Source: the human T2T-CHM13v2.0 reference genome, Homo sapiens
DNA: 64,000 bases
Strand: one strand, 5' to 3'
NCBI RefSeq assembly: GCF_009914755.1
Contig: NC_060936.1
A model generated the notes under the pieces. That model was not told the DNA's origin. It saw only the letters and a program-made list of their open reading frames with translations, and did no database searches. The translations under genes were made by a program, and so were the position numbers. Positions 14,335-27,479 of the stretch are shown here, piece after piece. Every line of letters starts with the position of its first letter. Positions within the stretch are counted from its first letter, which is position 1.

Positions 14335-15560
14335 TTTTATTAATTACTTTTGTAACAATCTGAAACTTAGAGAAAAATTGCAAAAACAATACAAAACCTT
14401 TTTTCATGAACCAATTTGAGAATTAGAGAGAATGTCTGATCACTCTCAAATGTTATATTGTATATTTATCTAAGTAAGGATATTCTCCTATATACAACCA
14501 CAACAAACCATCAAACTCAGGAAATTCACAGTGATACATTACTAGCACTAATCCTCAGACCCCACTGGAGTTTTTGCAAATTGTCCCAACAATGTCTTTT
14601 ATAGAAGAAAGATCCAGTCCAGAATCACATGTTGCCTTTAGTTATCATTTTATCTTGAACCTTTCCTCAGTATTTACTGGACTTTCTTAATTTTGACAAT
14701 TTTGCAGATTACAAATGGCCGGTTACTGTAGAATGCCCCTCAATCTAGGTATATCCAATGTTTCCTCATAATTAGATTCAGATTATTTGGCAGGAATGTC
14801 ACAATTCTTATTTGTCTCATCACTGATAGTGTCAAATATCTTGAGTAAAGTGTCTGTCAGGTTTCACCACTGTAGAACTATTTTTTTCCCCCTTTGAAAT
14901 TAGTAAGCATTTTGTGGGAAGATACTTTGACACTATGTAAATATCCCATCCTTCATCAAACTATCAACTTCATTTATTTATTTATATCAGTATGGACTCA
15001 TGGATTTATATGTTATTCATTAGCTTTAATCCATTACTATAATTATTTCCTTTAAAGCTTAAATTGTCACAGATTTGGCCAGCAAGAGCCTCTTCAATCT
15101 GATCTCTGTGTCCTTTTGACATGTCTCCATCATTCTTTGAACAAGTCCTTGTTTCTGGCACAAAAGTGTGTTCCAGAATCATGTAATACTTTTCCTGCCT
15201 TAAACTGGGGATTGGATATTTTTCCAAGGTGCCCTCTGTGCTAGGTGTGCTCTTTGTGAATACATATCTCTCTGTCTCTATATATTGAAAACAATGAGTC
15301 CAAACAGGCAATTCTAATTCCACTTCAATACCATAGATTTCTCTTATTTAACAGTAAGGAAGCTGGCTCTCATTATCTTTAGTATATTTACTTATTGGAT
15401 TAGTTCTCCATATGTAATCAATTTCTCACCGCTGCCCATCCTCTCTGCTGACACAGATGTTCTCACTCCAAAACCCTAAACCCGGCTGCCCCCGTGCAAA
15501 TTCCCTCCTCATCCTATTTGGATGACAATTCCATGCCTGGACCGTCCTACTACCACTTGC
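14335..15560 (-). mobile_element. L1MC4/L1MC5-type 3' region
   Basis: gtagaatgcccctcaatctagg...tttcctcataattagattcag...ggcaggaatg; gatactttgacactatgtaaatatcc; tcagtatggactcatggattt. Confidence 0.82.
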
Positions 15561-16314
15561 CTACTTCAATCCCCGAAGCCTACTTTGCTCAGCCCAGTTT
15601 AATGGGATTGACTCAGTTGTTCAAGAAGACGAAGAAAGTGAATGTAGCATTTTTGGATATTTATACTAAACCATGTAATTCATTTTTATTTGTGGGCTGA
15701 CTGAAAATAATTAGTACTTCTAATGTAAGGTGCTGCTTGAGTTAGTCTGGAATCTACTGTCTACATTAGGCTACTATCTACTATCTACATCCTAAACTAG
15801 AATAATTGATGTTGGGCTAGATTAAGAGAAATTGACTTTATTCTCACTTTTCTAATTCCAACAGGTAAAATATTCCACTGTATCTTTTAACTTCTCCTAT
15901 GAAGATAACCCATAAAACCAGACTTCAAAGTCAGTCATATCGCCTATGAAGATAACCCATAAAGCAAAACTGTCATTTACAATTTGCAAAAATATGAATC
16001 CTTCTCCCTCAGGAAAGTTGACATTCATGTTTGCATCCAAGAACCTTGACCTGGCTGGTAGCTTATTATATTCTGATTGTATACTATGAATGCTCGGAAA
16101 CTGCTAGATGTTTAGTCTACAACAGTCTGAAAGTAATGTGAGAGAGTTCAAAACAACATGTTATACATTTCTTTATGAAAAGTCTACTGGAATGCTTAAA
16201 GACAACTTCATCTTATAAGGATTTCTACAAGATCCAGGGTGAATTGCTTGCACATTGAGTCAGTCATGCTATTTATGTAGAAAGGGCAAGTCTTAAAATA
16301 TCAGAAGCTAAATT

Positions 16315-17345
16315 ATGGATGGGCAATAAACATATGAAAATATACTCAACCTCATGAGTAATCAGAGAAGTGCACCTTAAAATAAAAATGAGATACTGTT
16401 ACTGACAATGCCAATCTTAGCAAGATTGTAGACCAATGAAAACTCTTTATATGCTCTTTGTGAGAGTATAAATTGGTACAACTTTAGAAAACAATTTGAC
16501 ATTTTTAGTAATGATGAAGATATATAAACTGTAAACCAGCAATTTCATTCCTGGATATATACCCTAAAGAAAAATCACAAGATTATATAAGAATACACAT
16601 AGTTGCATTGTTTATATTACCAAAATAATGGAAACAAACCAAATGTTCATCAGTAGAAGAATGGATAAATAAATGGTAGTTATATGATGAAATAACAGAA
16701 AGTAATTAAAATGACTGCTTTGCAGCTAAACAACATGGATGAATCTCACAAATATAATGTTGAGTCAAAAAAGTCAGAGTTCATGTAGTAAAAATCCATT
16801 AGTATAACAGTTTTTGAAACTAAACTATACCATTTGACAATACTTGTATATGTAGTAAAAAGAGAAGCTCTAAATTCACATTACAGTTACCTTATAGGAA
16901 GGGGGTGAGAGGGATTGGGTACAGTCTCATAGGAGACCCCAAAGATATTTGTAATGTGATTAGCCAGTACACAGATGTCCATTTTATTCCATTTTTTTTA
17001 AGAGACACGGTCTGGTTCTGTCACCCAACCTGGAGTGCAATGGCATTATCATAGCTCCCTGCAGTCTCAAACTTCTGGGCTCAAATGACTTTCCCAAGTA
17101 GCTGGGACACATCCATGCCACCAAACCTGACTAATTTTTAATATTTTTTTTTGTAAAGACAAGGTCTCACTATGTTGCCCAGGTGGTAATGAACTCCTAG
17201 GCTCAAGCAATCCTCCTATCTTAGCCTCCCAATGTACTGGGATTACACAGGCATCAGCCACTACTCCCAGGCTGTTATTCTTAATATTTTACACAAATGT
17301 GGAATATTATTTTTTTGTTATTAATTATTTAATTTTTAAAAGTTT
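16315..17345 (+). mobile_element. L1ME-type ORF2 end/3'UTR, split by AluJ
   Basis: caataaacatatgaaaatatactcaacctca...gagagtataaattggtacaac...acatggatgaatctcacaaatataatgttgag. Confidence 0.8.
16992..17274 (-). mobile_element. AluJ
   Basis: Antisense Alu with J-type atcatagctc, gggctcaa, ggtctcactatgttgcccagg. Confidence 0.93.
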
Positions 17346-17429
17346 TAAAAAAAGAGCTGTCTCTTTGAGGCTCCTTGTACCATTATAACTCTATAGGTAA
17401 CTATTTTATTGTTAGGAGGAGTGAATTTT

Positions 17430-17820
17430 CTGAGGCCAAATACATACCAGGAGTTTTTAGATGTTATTTTTCTTACCCACTTTTTAGGTAGATACTTTAC
17501 TGTCTTCTACAGGTGAAGAAATAGATCCGCAATGTGTAAACTATTTCCCCAGCATCTTGTGGCTGAGTAGAGATGGGATGAGAATTTGAAACAATGTCTC
17601 TCTGATTCCAAAGTGTGGGAGCTTCCTGCTTCACCAAATGATACCAACTTTTCTCACACAAATTATCTCATTTAGTTTTCCGAATAACTCTCTGGGGGAG
17701 GGGGGAATTAACATCTTCATTTTTAAAATGAAGACAGGTTAAATGGCTTTTCCATGGTCTTGGCATACAAGAACTTAACTCCAAGTCTTTTGATTCCAAA
17801 TTCAGTGATTTACCTGTCAA
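17430..17820 (-). mobile_element. Two adjacent MIR/MIR3 remnants
   Basis: ctacaggtgaagaaa...ctgattccaaagt; catttttaaaatgaagacaggttaaatggcttttccatggtc...tgattccaaattcagtg. Confidence 0.55.
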
Positions 17821-18059
17821 GAACACTGTCATCTTCCCAATCACAAATCCTAAAATAAGTCAGGGGGAGAGTAGGATTTTATATTTAAATCAACATCCAA
17901 TACAAAATAGAAACATCAGAGTTATCTGATTAAAAATCTTCATCATGTTTTCAGTCTTTTTCCTCTAATAGACATAACCAAAGTAACATTTATAATTATT
18001 TTATATTCTGATAGCTTCATAAGTGCTAATTTTCCTAGTCCCCATATTCCTAGCTCACA

Positions 18060-18180
18060 TGTTCTATTTCTTAGAATGGGAAACTCAGGCAGGAAGGTTA
18101 AATGAATTGCTCAAGGTCACAGAGAGACCTTGCAGCAGAGCTTCACCTTCCAACAGCCAGATCCAAGCTCTTATCATCTA
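18060..18180 (-). mobile_element. MIR core fragment
   Basis: atgggaaactcaggcaggaaggttaaatgaattgctcaaggtcacaga. Confidence 0.65.
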
Positions 18181-19059
18181 CATTGACTTCGCTCAGCTAG
18201 GAAAGAATATTCCTACATACTTCTTCATGTCCACCTCAACCTTTAGTTTATTTACTTTATCCCACACAACTTCTAGTACTTTATTCTGTCAGTCTTAAGA
18301 AACTCTTGATCTCTGATGACCAGAGAGCAGGAATACAGAATACACTCTGTACACTCTACCCTGGAAGGCTATTTTGGTTCCACTTAAACTGTGAGAGGTT
18401 GCAAAGGTTGTGCCTGCTGTGACTCTCGCTTTTTGATAATTTGTTTTTAATACAAAATAATTCACATAAACAAAAATAAAATGTACCCCATCCTAGAACT
18501 GAGGTACAGTCATGGAAATTACATTTTCTTCTCTCTGGGACACTGGTGACTTCAAGTCAGTAAATGACAAGAAAGTGACACTGGGCACTTCAAGTCTGAA
18601 AAGAATAAACCTTACAATATAGGAGATTTTGACTTCCCTCTTATTTTGACTTAATTTATATAAATGCAGAGGAATTCAAAGTCCCTGTCTCCATAGTTCT
18701 GGAAAGCAGGAAGAGCACTTTGTGAGGTCTGAGATATGGAGAGGTGCAACATGGGAGATGCAGAAAGCTCACGGGAATTGGTTGGGAGCATTAGAATATA
18801 AGCCTCTGTTGGTCAACTGATCAGTTCATTAACATATATGCAGATATAAAATGTGCAAATATTCACATACAAAGAGTAGCTACAGACATGTGTGGGTATA
18901 TAGCAATGGAAAATGAAACACAAATCTCTCATTTTTCACACTGCAATCTAAATCTAAGTGAAGGTGTTGCTTGAATTAGTCTGGAATCTACTATCTACAT
19001 GATGCTTTACTTTAAATGTCTAATATTTAGAAGTCTGAGCTTTTATTCTAATGTTGAAT

Positions 19060-19300
19060 GTGAACATTTTAAATGAGATTCTGTGCCATGTACTAAGTGC
19101 ATTTTACAACATTCTCTTATTTAACCCTCACGACTTTCATAGGCGATAAGTACTGCTATTATCCCCGGCATTTATTCAGCAGAGCATCTGAAGCTTGGAG
19201 AGGTTCAATGCCCAGGGTCAGAGATCTGGTAAGTGGTGGAACCAGGTTGAAATAGTTGTCCTTCTGGCCTCTCCACTGAAGCTCTTCCCCATTGTGCAGC
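19060..19300 (-). mobile_element. MIR
   Basis: ctgtgccatgtactaagtgcattttaca...tttaaccctcac...ctgaagcttggagaggtt...tgcccagggtca. Confidence 0.7.
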
Positions 19301-19964
19301 ACAGACCCTCTGCTTTTACATCCAACAATCTGATTCTATTCTAGTTGGCCTACAGCTTTCCTGTTTCCATGTGGAAAGTACTCTGTACTTTGCAGGGAAG
19401 AAATAGTGATGTTGAGGAAGAGAAGAGACTCTGCCTCTGAAAAACTGCTTAGATATTTTCCAGACTGTGTCATGGGGACAGCTTAGGCCCAGACCCAAAA
19501 GGCACTTAGGTGAGCCAGGGATAGGAATGTCCTGGGAGAGGGAAGAGTCAGGCAAATGTTCCATATCTGAGTTACAGTCATTCTTCTTATGTATTTTCTG
19601 GCTTTAGAGAGCACAGAACAATAAGGTCAGCCAACCAGAAGTGGAGGCAAAACTCACCAGGTGCTAGCTTTCTCCAGACACAAAAATGAACATCAAAGGC
19701 AGCTTTGAAGTTCAAAAGAAGTCATTAAGTCAGCCTGAGGAGCTGTGAACCTGGGAAGAGCAGTATTTCCCTGGCAGTAGTGCTAGTTTTGAAAGGGGAG
19801 AATAAAGGGAGACGTTATTGAGAACAATGAGCATATTAGGCCTTGTTCTCTAATTCTCACATACTTGATCATCTTACAAGATGATAAACTCCAAAACACA
19901 GCCAGAATCTAGAACTTCCGGTTTTATACTGTCTACCTATTTCAGAGCAGGTGCTAAATAAATA

Positions 19965-20365
19965 AGAATTCATTCATACTTTGTTGCATTTATTAACATG
20001 GATTGATCAATTGATAGAGCACCTCCTATATGCCTCTGTCCTAACTTGGAGATAAGAAAATAGATGAACCAAAGTCCCTGCTCTTGTGGAATAAACTAAT
20101 CAATATAAATATATAGTGTGTTAGGTGGTATAAGTGCTCATAAGGAAAATAAAACAGAGAAACCAGAAAAAATGAAAACTAACGCAGAGCCAGGAGCTAA
20201 ACAGAGAAAGAGATAGCGATAAAGACAGATATCTAGAGAGATAGAGATAGATATGGAGAAAGCAATAGAGATAGAAAGTGATCAAGAAAGACCTCTCTAT
20301 TAAGGAGGCATTTAAGCAAAGAGATCTGAAAAAATGGAAGGAGTGACAGTGCAGATATGGAATAA
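19965..20365 (-). mobile_element. L2a-like 3' fragment with an internal GA/GATA-rich tract
   Basis: attcattcat...gagcacctcctatatgcc...aaagtccctgctcttgtgga...gaaagacctctct. Confidence 0.65.
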
Positions 20366-20999
20366 CAATCTAACATAATCAATTAATAATCTCAGTTTCC
20401 TAATCCTAATGCCTCCAACCCCTACTTATTTGAGTGCAAGAAATCCAAAGTCTACCAATCAGGAATATCCAGGAATCACCAGGCACATTGTCATTTGTTC
20501 ATGAATTAGACTTGGTCACTGGCTTAGTAACCTGTTACCTACATGCAACCATATGTCATGGTTTTTGATATCAACTAGTGAATACATTTCCATCTCTGCT
20601 TGTTGGTCATTTTCCTAAAAGATGAATGGAAATACTATTTCCCATTTCTTACATCTAAGGGAGCTACTATACTATTGCATATAACTGAAAAGAAGTTTGA
20701 AGTCTTTACTTCAACTTGATGAACTCTTTCAAGCTGTTCTAATGGAGTATTAGAGAAGTTTTAAGTCATAATCAAGTGTTGAACAATACTTTTTGGCTGC
20801 CGCTGATCAGGTATTTAACTTTTACTCTGATTTTTGAAACAATTTTGCTCTAAGGGTCAAAAGTATAATACCCTAAGGCACAGGAGTAACAGTTGTTCAG
20901 TAGAGCCACCACCTGGACAGTCAGTAGGCAAGTGGTCAAGTTCTCCATATGTTTCCCAAAAAAACTGTATTATTCCTGGGTATGACCAAGCTATATTTG

Positions 21000-21140
21000 A
21001 TTCAAATCTAGTGGACATTTATTTAGTACTTTCTCTATGCAGGGTGCTATGCTAGGTGCTTTCACATAAATTTTCCCATTCATTCCTCATAGGAACATGC
21101 AGATCTACCAAGATGTCTTAAGGACACAGAGGTTTAATAT
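21000..21140 (-). mobile_element. MIR 3' fragment
   Basis: acatttatttagtact...ctatgctaggtgctttcacata...ttcctca. Confidence 0.55.
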
Positions 21141-21289
21141 TTTAACAGAATAGAATGAATGCCCTATTTTAGAATGTTTTGTACCCATTTTCCATTTCCA
21201 TTTCATACTTTTCTTTAAAGGAACAGCATTTAAATGATTAAAAGTTGTATTCTTTCCTCGGTGATTCTCATTGCTCTTAAGAATTACTA

Positions 21290-21602
21290 AGCTGGGCGTG
21301 GTGGCTCACACTTGTAATCCTACACTTTGGGAGGCTGAGGCAGGCAGATTGCTTGAGCCTAGGAGTTCAAGACCAGTCTGGGCAATATGGCAAAACCTTG
21401 TTCCTACAAAAATACAGAAATTAGCCGGGCTTAGTGACATGTATCTGGTAGTCCCACCTACTAGGGAGTCTGAAACAGGAGGATCAACTGAGCCCAGGAG
21501 ATCAAGGCTGCAGTGAGCCATGATCATACTATTGCACTCCAGCCTGGGCAACAGGGAAAGATCCTGTCTCCCTCCATCTCCTGACAAAAAAAAAAAAAAA
21601 AA
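21290..21602 (+). mobile_element. AluJ (Jb-like)
   Basis: Dimeric Alu with gattgcttgagcctagg and aaggctgcagtgagccatgatc; poly(A); TSD aattacta. Confidence 0.95.
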
Positions 21603-23224
21603 TTACTATATGGGTTTGTATTTACAAAGCCATTTATATTGTACTTTGTGGATGACTTAAGGAATTTCTCCAGGCAATTTTGATTATAATTAATTATTGG
21701 CTTGCCTGCTAACTTAAGATTTTATCCTCTTAGGTAAGATGTGACTCTACTCTACATTTGAAGTTAAAAACAGATCCAATTAAAGATCTCTGGTCAAAAT
21801 GAGAAGATGAGAAAACAGACCCAATTAAAACTTTCTGGTCAGAATAAGTAGAAACATTCCCTTTGGACCCACTCACAGACGTTTGAAGGTTTGTAATTTT
21901 AATGAATGAAACCTGTGATCCCACTGCATCTCTGGGCTGCTGCTGCTGTCCTTTCACGAAGCTCACTCATGCCATGGATTTTATCATGCAGATGTAACGG
22001 ACAAGTATTGTTTGAATTAGGTAAACAATTGCATTTATACATCAGGAATGTTGTTGAGAGAAAACTGGCCCTTAACAAATAATTCCCAACTCTTTTCTTT
22101 AATGTTGAACATTTCCACATTATACTTGACCTACATTCTATGTTCAATAGCTCCCCCCTCATCCCCAAATAGCATGTTTTTAAGTGCCAGATGTAGATGC
22201 ACTCAGCTATAAGGGAAGGTATAAAAGTCAGTGTATAAATGACTAGCACACAAGATATCTTTGTTCACTAATTTAAATATTCAAGAAAGAATTTGTTTAT
22301 CTAGGAAAAATTTACTAGCACTTGTTCGACAACCATCCAAGTTATTAAGAATTCATCTCAGTGTTTCTCACCTTCAGATGATAAGTAGATAAGGACTACA
22401 TTTAAATTTCAGGAATGTCTCACTTCAATAGATAGTGAGAGGAAATGATTTCCAGGCTCTGCCTCATGGGTGGAAAGGTATATGAGAGAACAAAGGGGAC
22501 CTAGGTGATGTTTCACAGCATGATAATAGAGAAGAACCAATTTCTGGTGAGGAAAAGATACCACCAGAAAAGCTACGATGAACCAGAGAGAGCTCTGATA
22601 TTCTATAGTAACTCAGTGGCTCAGCCTCACTCATGAGTCATTCTACAAGTCTAAACCCTGTGTCTGCCCTGTGGGAGTATGAGGCTACCATGATAAGGGA
22701 AATGCAGTTATAAAATACATTCTCAGGTGATCATAAATCCAGGAACATTTGATCCAGAGATTATTTGGAACAGTCATGATCCTGACATCTCTTCCATTAA
22801 ATGGCACCTAAGACATCTATCACGCCACTTTGATTTCTAACAAAAAATGTGCACATTGACTATGAAGTAAAAATTCTGTATAGCATACCAACATGAATGT
22901 CTCTGCTGGACTCTCTACATAAAAATGATGTATGCGAGCTATTGAATATGTAGATGGTGCTAGTAAAGCATCATCAGTAGGAAATGGGTTTTGACTATTT
23001 ATTTATTTATTGGTCAGGTTGAGATACATTGCGATCTCTTATATCCTTTCTGTGGGACCAGTGTGAGATGTTGAGCTTAATTAGGAAAATCATATATTAC
23101 ACAAGCTCCTTTCACAGGTGCCAGTAGAATTCCGTTTGATGGTAGGCTGCTAAATAAACTTTTAAGGAGGCAAATTCATTAGAGAAGTTTGTACGGAACG
23201 TTTAGTATGAGGATGCTTTCAAAA

Positions 23225-23425
23225 GAAAACAGTTTGGACTGTGCCAACAGATTGAGCTTTAAATCTCAGCTCTACTCTTTACTAGCTGTATGACTTGTAT
23301 GAACTAGCCTAGGCTCTGTCTTAACTACAAATCAAGTTCATGGTATTAATCTCACTTGGTGGTTGAGATAAGGATAACAGGATATAGTGCCTAAAACATG
23401 GAAGCCCTCAATAAGTGTTAGTTTC
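23225..23425 (+). mobile_element. MIR
   Basis: aaatctcagctctactctttactagctgtatgactt...atagtgcctaaaacatggaagccctcaataagtgttag. Confidence 0.7.
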
Positions 23426-25165
23426 TACTTTCCTTTGAAGATCTGCTTGTCATAATATTTCTAAATATAGTTAATTCTGCCTTTCATAGCCAGCCAAGAT
23501 GAAGTAAAAGGATATGGATTTACCGTCCCACCTAAAACAACTTTGAAAATGAATGTAATATATGAAACAATATCATGGAACAAATGACCCTCAAGAGCAG
23601 AAAAACAAGCAAGGTGAGCCCTCTGATTGCCACAGCAATTGCTTGGAGAACATGGCCTGTCCACAACACAGGGAAGCAAAACCCAGGCAGGGTCTGGCAG
23701 ACTCCCTGAGGTAAGGAGACAGAGCTGAGGGCCTGGGGATGTCAGCTGCACAGAGGGAGACAGCTGCACAGAGGCAGAACTCTGGAGAACTGTAGAATGT
23801 CCCCATAAGTATTCAGTTGAGTACTGATTAACCATGTGTGTAAATAAACTGTCAAGGCTGGGTAAAGATCCAGCAGAAATTATTAGGGGAACAGTATCAG
23901 AAGCTCACAAAGGGGCAGGAATAGTGCTTAATTCCAACAGCCAAAATGGAAAACTTCATGATTCATGGGGCCTCAGTTGGAATACTAACAAGGGTTTTGC
24001 CTCAACAGTAGGGAAAAAAATTAACATTAGAGTAAACATTGCACTGGTCCCTCTCAATAAAGTTTAAAGGCATGATCCGGGAGGATCAACTGTTCCTAAG
24101 TAACTTAACCATGTCTCAGAACAAAGCTCAACAACTATTACAGGAATATAAAAACACCCAGCACCCCACAAGGCAAATTACACAATGTCTAGCACCCAAT
24201 TTTTAAAAAATCACAAGGCAGACAATGGAGGAGAAAATAAAATGCACAATGAGAAGAAATGTCAATCAAAATTGACCCCCAAATGACACGGGTGATAGAA
24301 ACAGTAGACAGGAGCATTAAATCAGTTATTATAATGATACCCTATATATTAAAAAAGCTAGCAGAAAGACTGAACGTATTAAATAGAGATATAGAATACA
24401 TATTAAAAAGACAAAAATAGAACATTTAGAGGGATCTATAATTTTGAGATAAAAAATACACTAGATGAAATTAAGAGAGAAAAGATGAGTGAACTTGAAA
24501 ACATAGCTATAGAAACTATCCAAAATGAAACACAGAGGGAAAAAGAAAACCATCAGTGAACTATGTGCCAATTTTAAGTAGCCAAATATATGTGTAATTG
24601 CAGTCTCCAATAGAGTAGGGGAAAATATTTGGAGAAATAATAGCCAAAGTTTTCCAAATTTGATAAAAATTATAAACACACAGATTTAAGAATTTCAACA
24701 AATGCCTAGAATAATTAATGAAAATAAAACCACTCCAAGATGAATTTTAATAAAATTCCTTCAAGACAAAGAGATCAATCTTAAAAGCCACTTTTGTGTA
24801 TGTGATGCAGAGTGGGGAAGGAATGCTACATAAAGAATAAAGACAAAAAGAAAAGCAGATTTCTTATTGAAACAACATAAGCTAGAAGGTAGTGGAACAA
24901 CACCTTTAAAATATTAAAAGAAAAAAATTGTCAACATAGAATTTGTTAGCCAGTGAAAATATTTTATAGAAACAAAGATGAAATAAAGACTTTTTCAGGC
25001 ACATAAAAGAAGAATTAATAACCAGACCACATATCTATAAAATATGTCAAGAGGAACCCTTCAAGCAAAATGAAATGATACTGATAAAAACCTGGACATA
25101 CAAAAAAGAAAAAGAAGACCACTAAAAGTGGTAACTGTCTTGTAAATATAAAGAACGTTTTTCTT

Positions 25166-25475
<310 letters not shown>

Positions 25476-27131
25476 TCAACAGATTGAAGCAAAATATTAC
25501 TAATGCATCATGGAGTTTATAACCCATAGAGAAGTAAAATGTATGAAGACAATGGCACAAAGACCAGGAGAGGAGAAAAGGAAGTGTATTTTGTAGGGGT
25601 CTTATACTTGAAGTAATGTAACAGTGCTTGAAGTTAAACTGTGATAAACTAAAGATGTATAGTATAATCCCCCAAACAATAACTACACTAACACAAAAAA
25701 TTATTTATAGCTAATGCACAAACAATGGAGATGAACTAGAATCATAAAAAACACTGGAGAAAGAGAAAATGGAAGAAGAACGTATGTGACAATAGAAAAT
25801 AAATAGTAAGATGGTAGATTGTAATAATCACATTGAATGTAAAAGGTCTGAACATACCAACTAAAGGCAGAGCTTCTCAGATTAAATAAAACTGACCTAA
25901 TTATATGCTTCGTTAGAAGATACAAATAAGTTCAAAGTAAAGGATACAAAAAGATATAGTGTACTAATGTGAATAAAAAGAAGGCTGGAGTAGCTACATT
26001 AACATCAGAGTAAACAATGTAACAGGGATAAAGAGAGGCATTTCATAATGAAAAAGAGGGTAAATTCATCAGGAGGATATAACATTCTTAAACATTAAGA
26101 CCTCCAATAACAGATCTTCAAAATATCTGAATCAGAAATAGATGGAACTGCAAGAAGAAAGAGATAAATCCACAATTATAATTAGATGTTGTTTATGAAC
26201 TCTAATAGTTTTTTGTGGGTTACTTAGGTGGACAATTGATTGACAAGTGTGTAAAGGCAACCCAGTGGATAAAATAGAGTTTTTTTCCACAAATGGTTTT
26301 GGAAAAATGGAACATTAGCATCCAAAAACAAAGCAAAACAAAAACTCCAATCCATTCCTCATACAACATGTACAAAACCAAAAAAACAGTCCAATGGACT
26401 TCATCAAAATTAAACATTTTTACTCTCTGAAAGACACTGTGAAGAAAATGAAAGGATAAATCACCAACTGGGTAACAATGTCTTCACATGACATATCTGG
26501 TAACGAACTCATATCTCAAATATTTAAGGAACTCTCTAACAACCCAATGCCTTGAAAATGGGCAAAAGATTTGAACAGACATTCCTCAAAGAAAATATAC
26601 AAGTGGCAAATAAGCACATGAAAAGATACTCAATAGCATTCGTCATTGAGGAATGGAAATTTTTAAAAATGAGATACCACTACACAACTAGTAAAATGAA
26701 TAAAATTAACAAGACTTAGCATACCAAGTATTGACAAGGATGTGGAAGAACTGCAACCCTTATATCCTGCTTGTGAGACTATAGCATGGTACAATTCCTT
26801 TGGAAAACAGTCTGAAGTTTCTTCAAAAGTTAAACACACATCTACTATATGATTCAGCTTTTCTACTTCTATGTGTTTAAGAGAAATGAAAGCATATATG
26901 TATACAAAAACTTACACATGAATGTCATAGCAGCTTTATTATAAAAGCCAAGTACCAGAGACAATCTAAATGTTTCTTAATGTGTTAATGGATATGAAAA
27001 TAATAGTATATCCATAAAATGGAATCTAGTCAGCAATGAAAAAGAATGAACTATATATGCAACTGCATGGATGGACCTCAAAATAATTATGTTGGGTGAA
27101 AGAAGCCAGAACACGAAGAATACATACTTTA

Positions 27132-27479
27132 TGTTATTCAGTTCAAACTACTGTAACCAGTTACCATAGACTGGTTGTCTTAAACAATGAACATTTATTT
27201 GTTACAGTTCTGGAGGCTATGAAGTCTAAGATTAAGGTGCCATGAGATCTGATGTCTTGAGAGGGCCCATTTACTGACTTGCAGATGGCTGTCTTCATAT
27301 TGCCTCTTCACTCATAGAAAACAGAGCAGAGAGAGCAAGCTTTCGTATCTCCTCTGATTCAAACATTGATCCCATTATCTAATTACTTCCCAAAAGCCCC
27401 CGTTCCCAATACTATCACACTGGGGATCGGGATTTCAACCTATAAATTTGAGGGGAACACAAACATTCAGTATATAACA
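27132..27479 (-). mobile_element. MLT1A-type solo LTR inside the L1ME 3' end
   Basis: taccatagactgg...acagttctggaggct...cccaatactatcacactgggg...acacaaacattcagtatataaca. Confidence 0.88.

Noticed and set aside
15896-15963. CRISPR-like repeat-spacer-repeat appearance
   Set aside because: Only two repeats, not palindromic, eukaryotic context, no cas genes. Kept only as a micro-duplication finding.
19658-19750. Minus-strand 93-nt exon-like segment (ctgctcttcccAG|...CTG|GTGAGT)
   Set aside because: Stops in all three frames and a short pyrimidine tract. Treated as a pseudo-exon, and as a warning that such pairs arise by chance.
21899-22000. Short (CTG)n run giving poly-Q/poly-A-like peptides on the minus strand
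   Set aside because: Only about four triplets, no convincing splice boundaries or homology.
22633-22641. Perfect AP-1 site ATGAGTCAT and other scattered TGA(C/G)TCA motifs
   Set aside because: Isolated 7-9-mers at about background frequency, with no supporting context.
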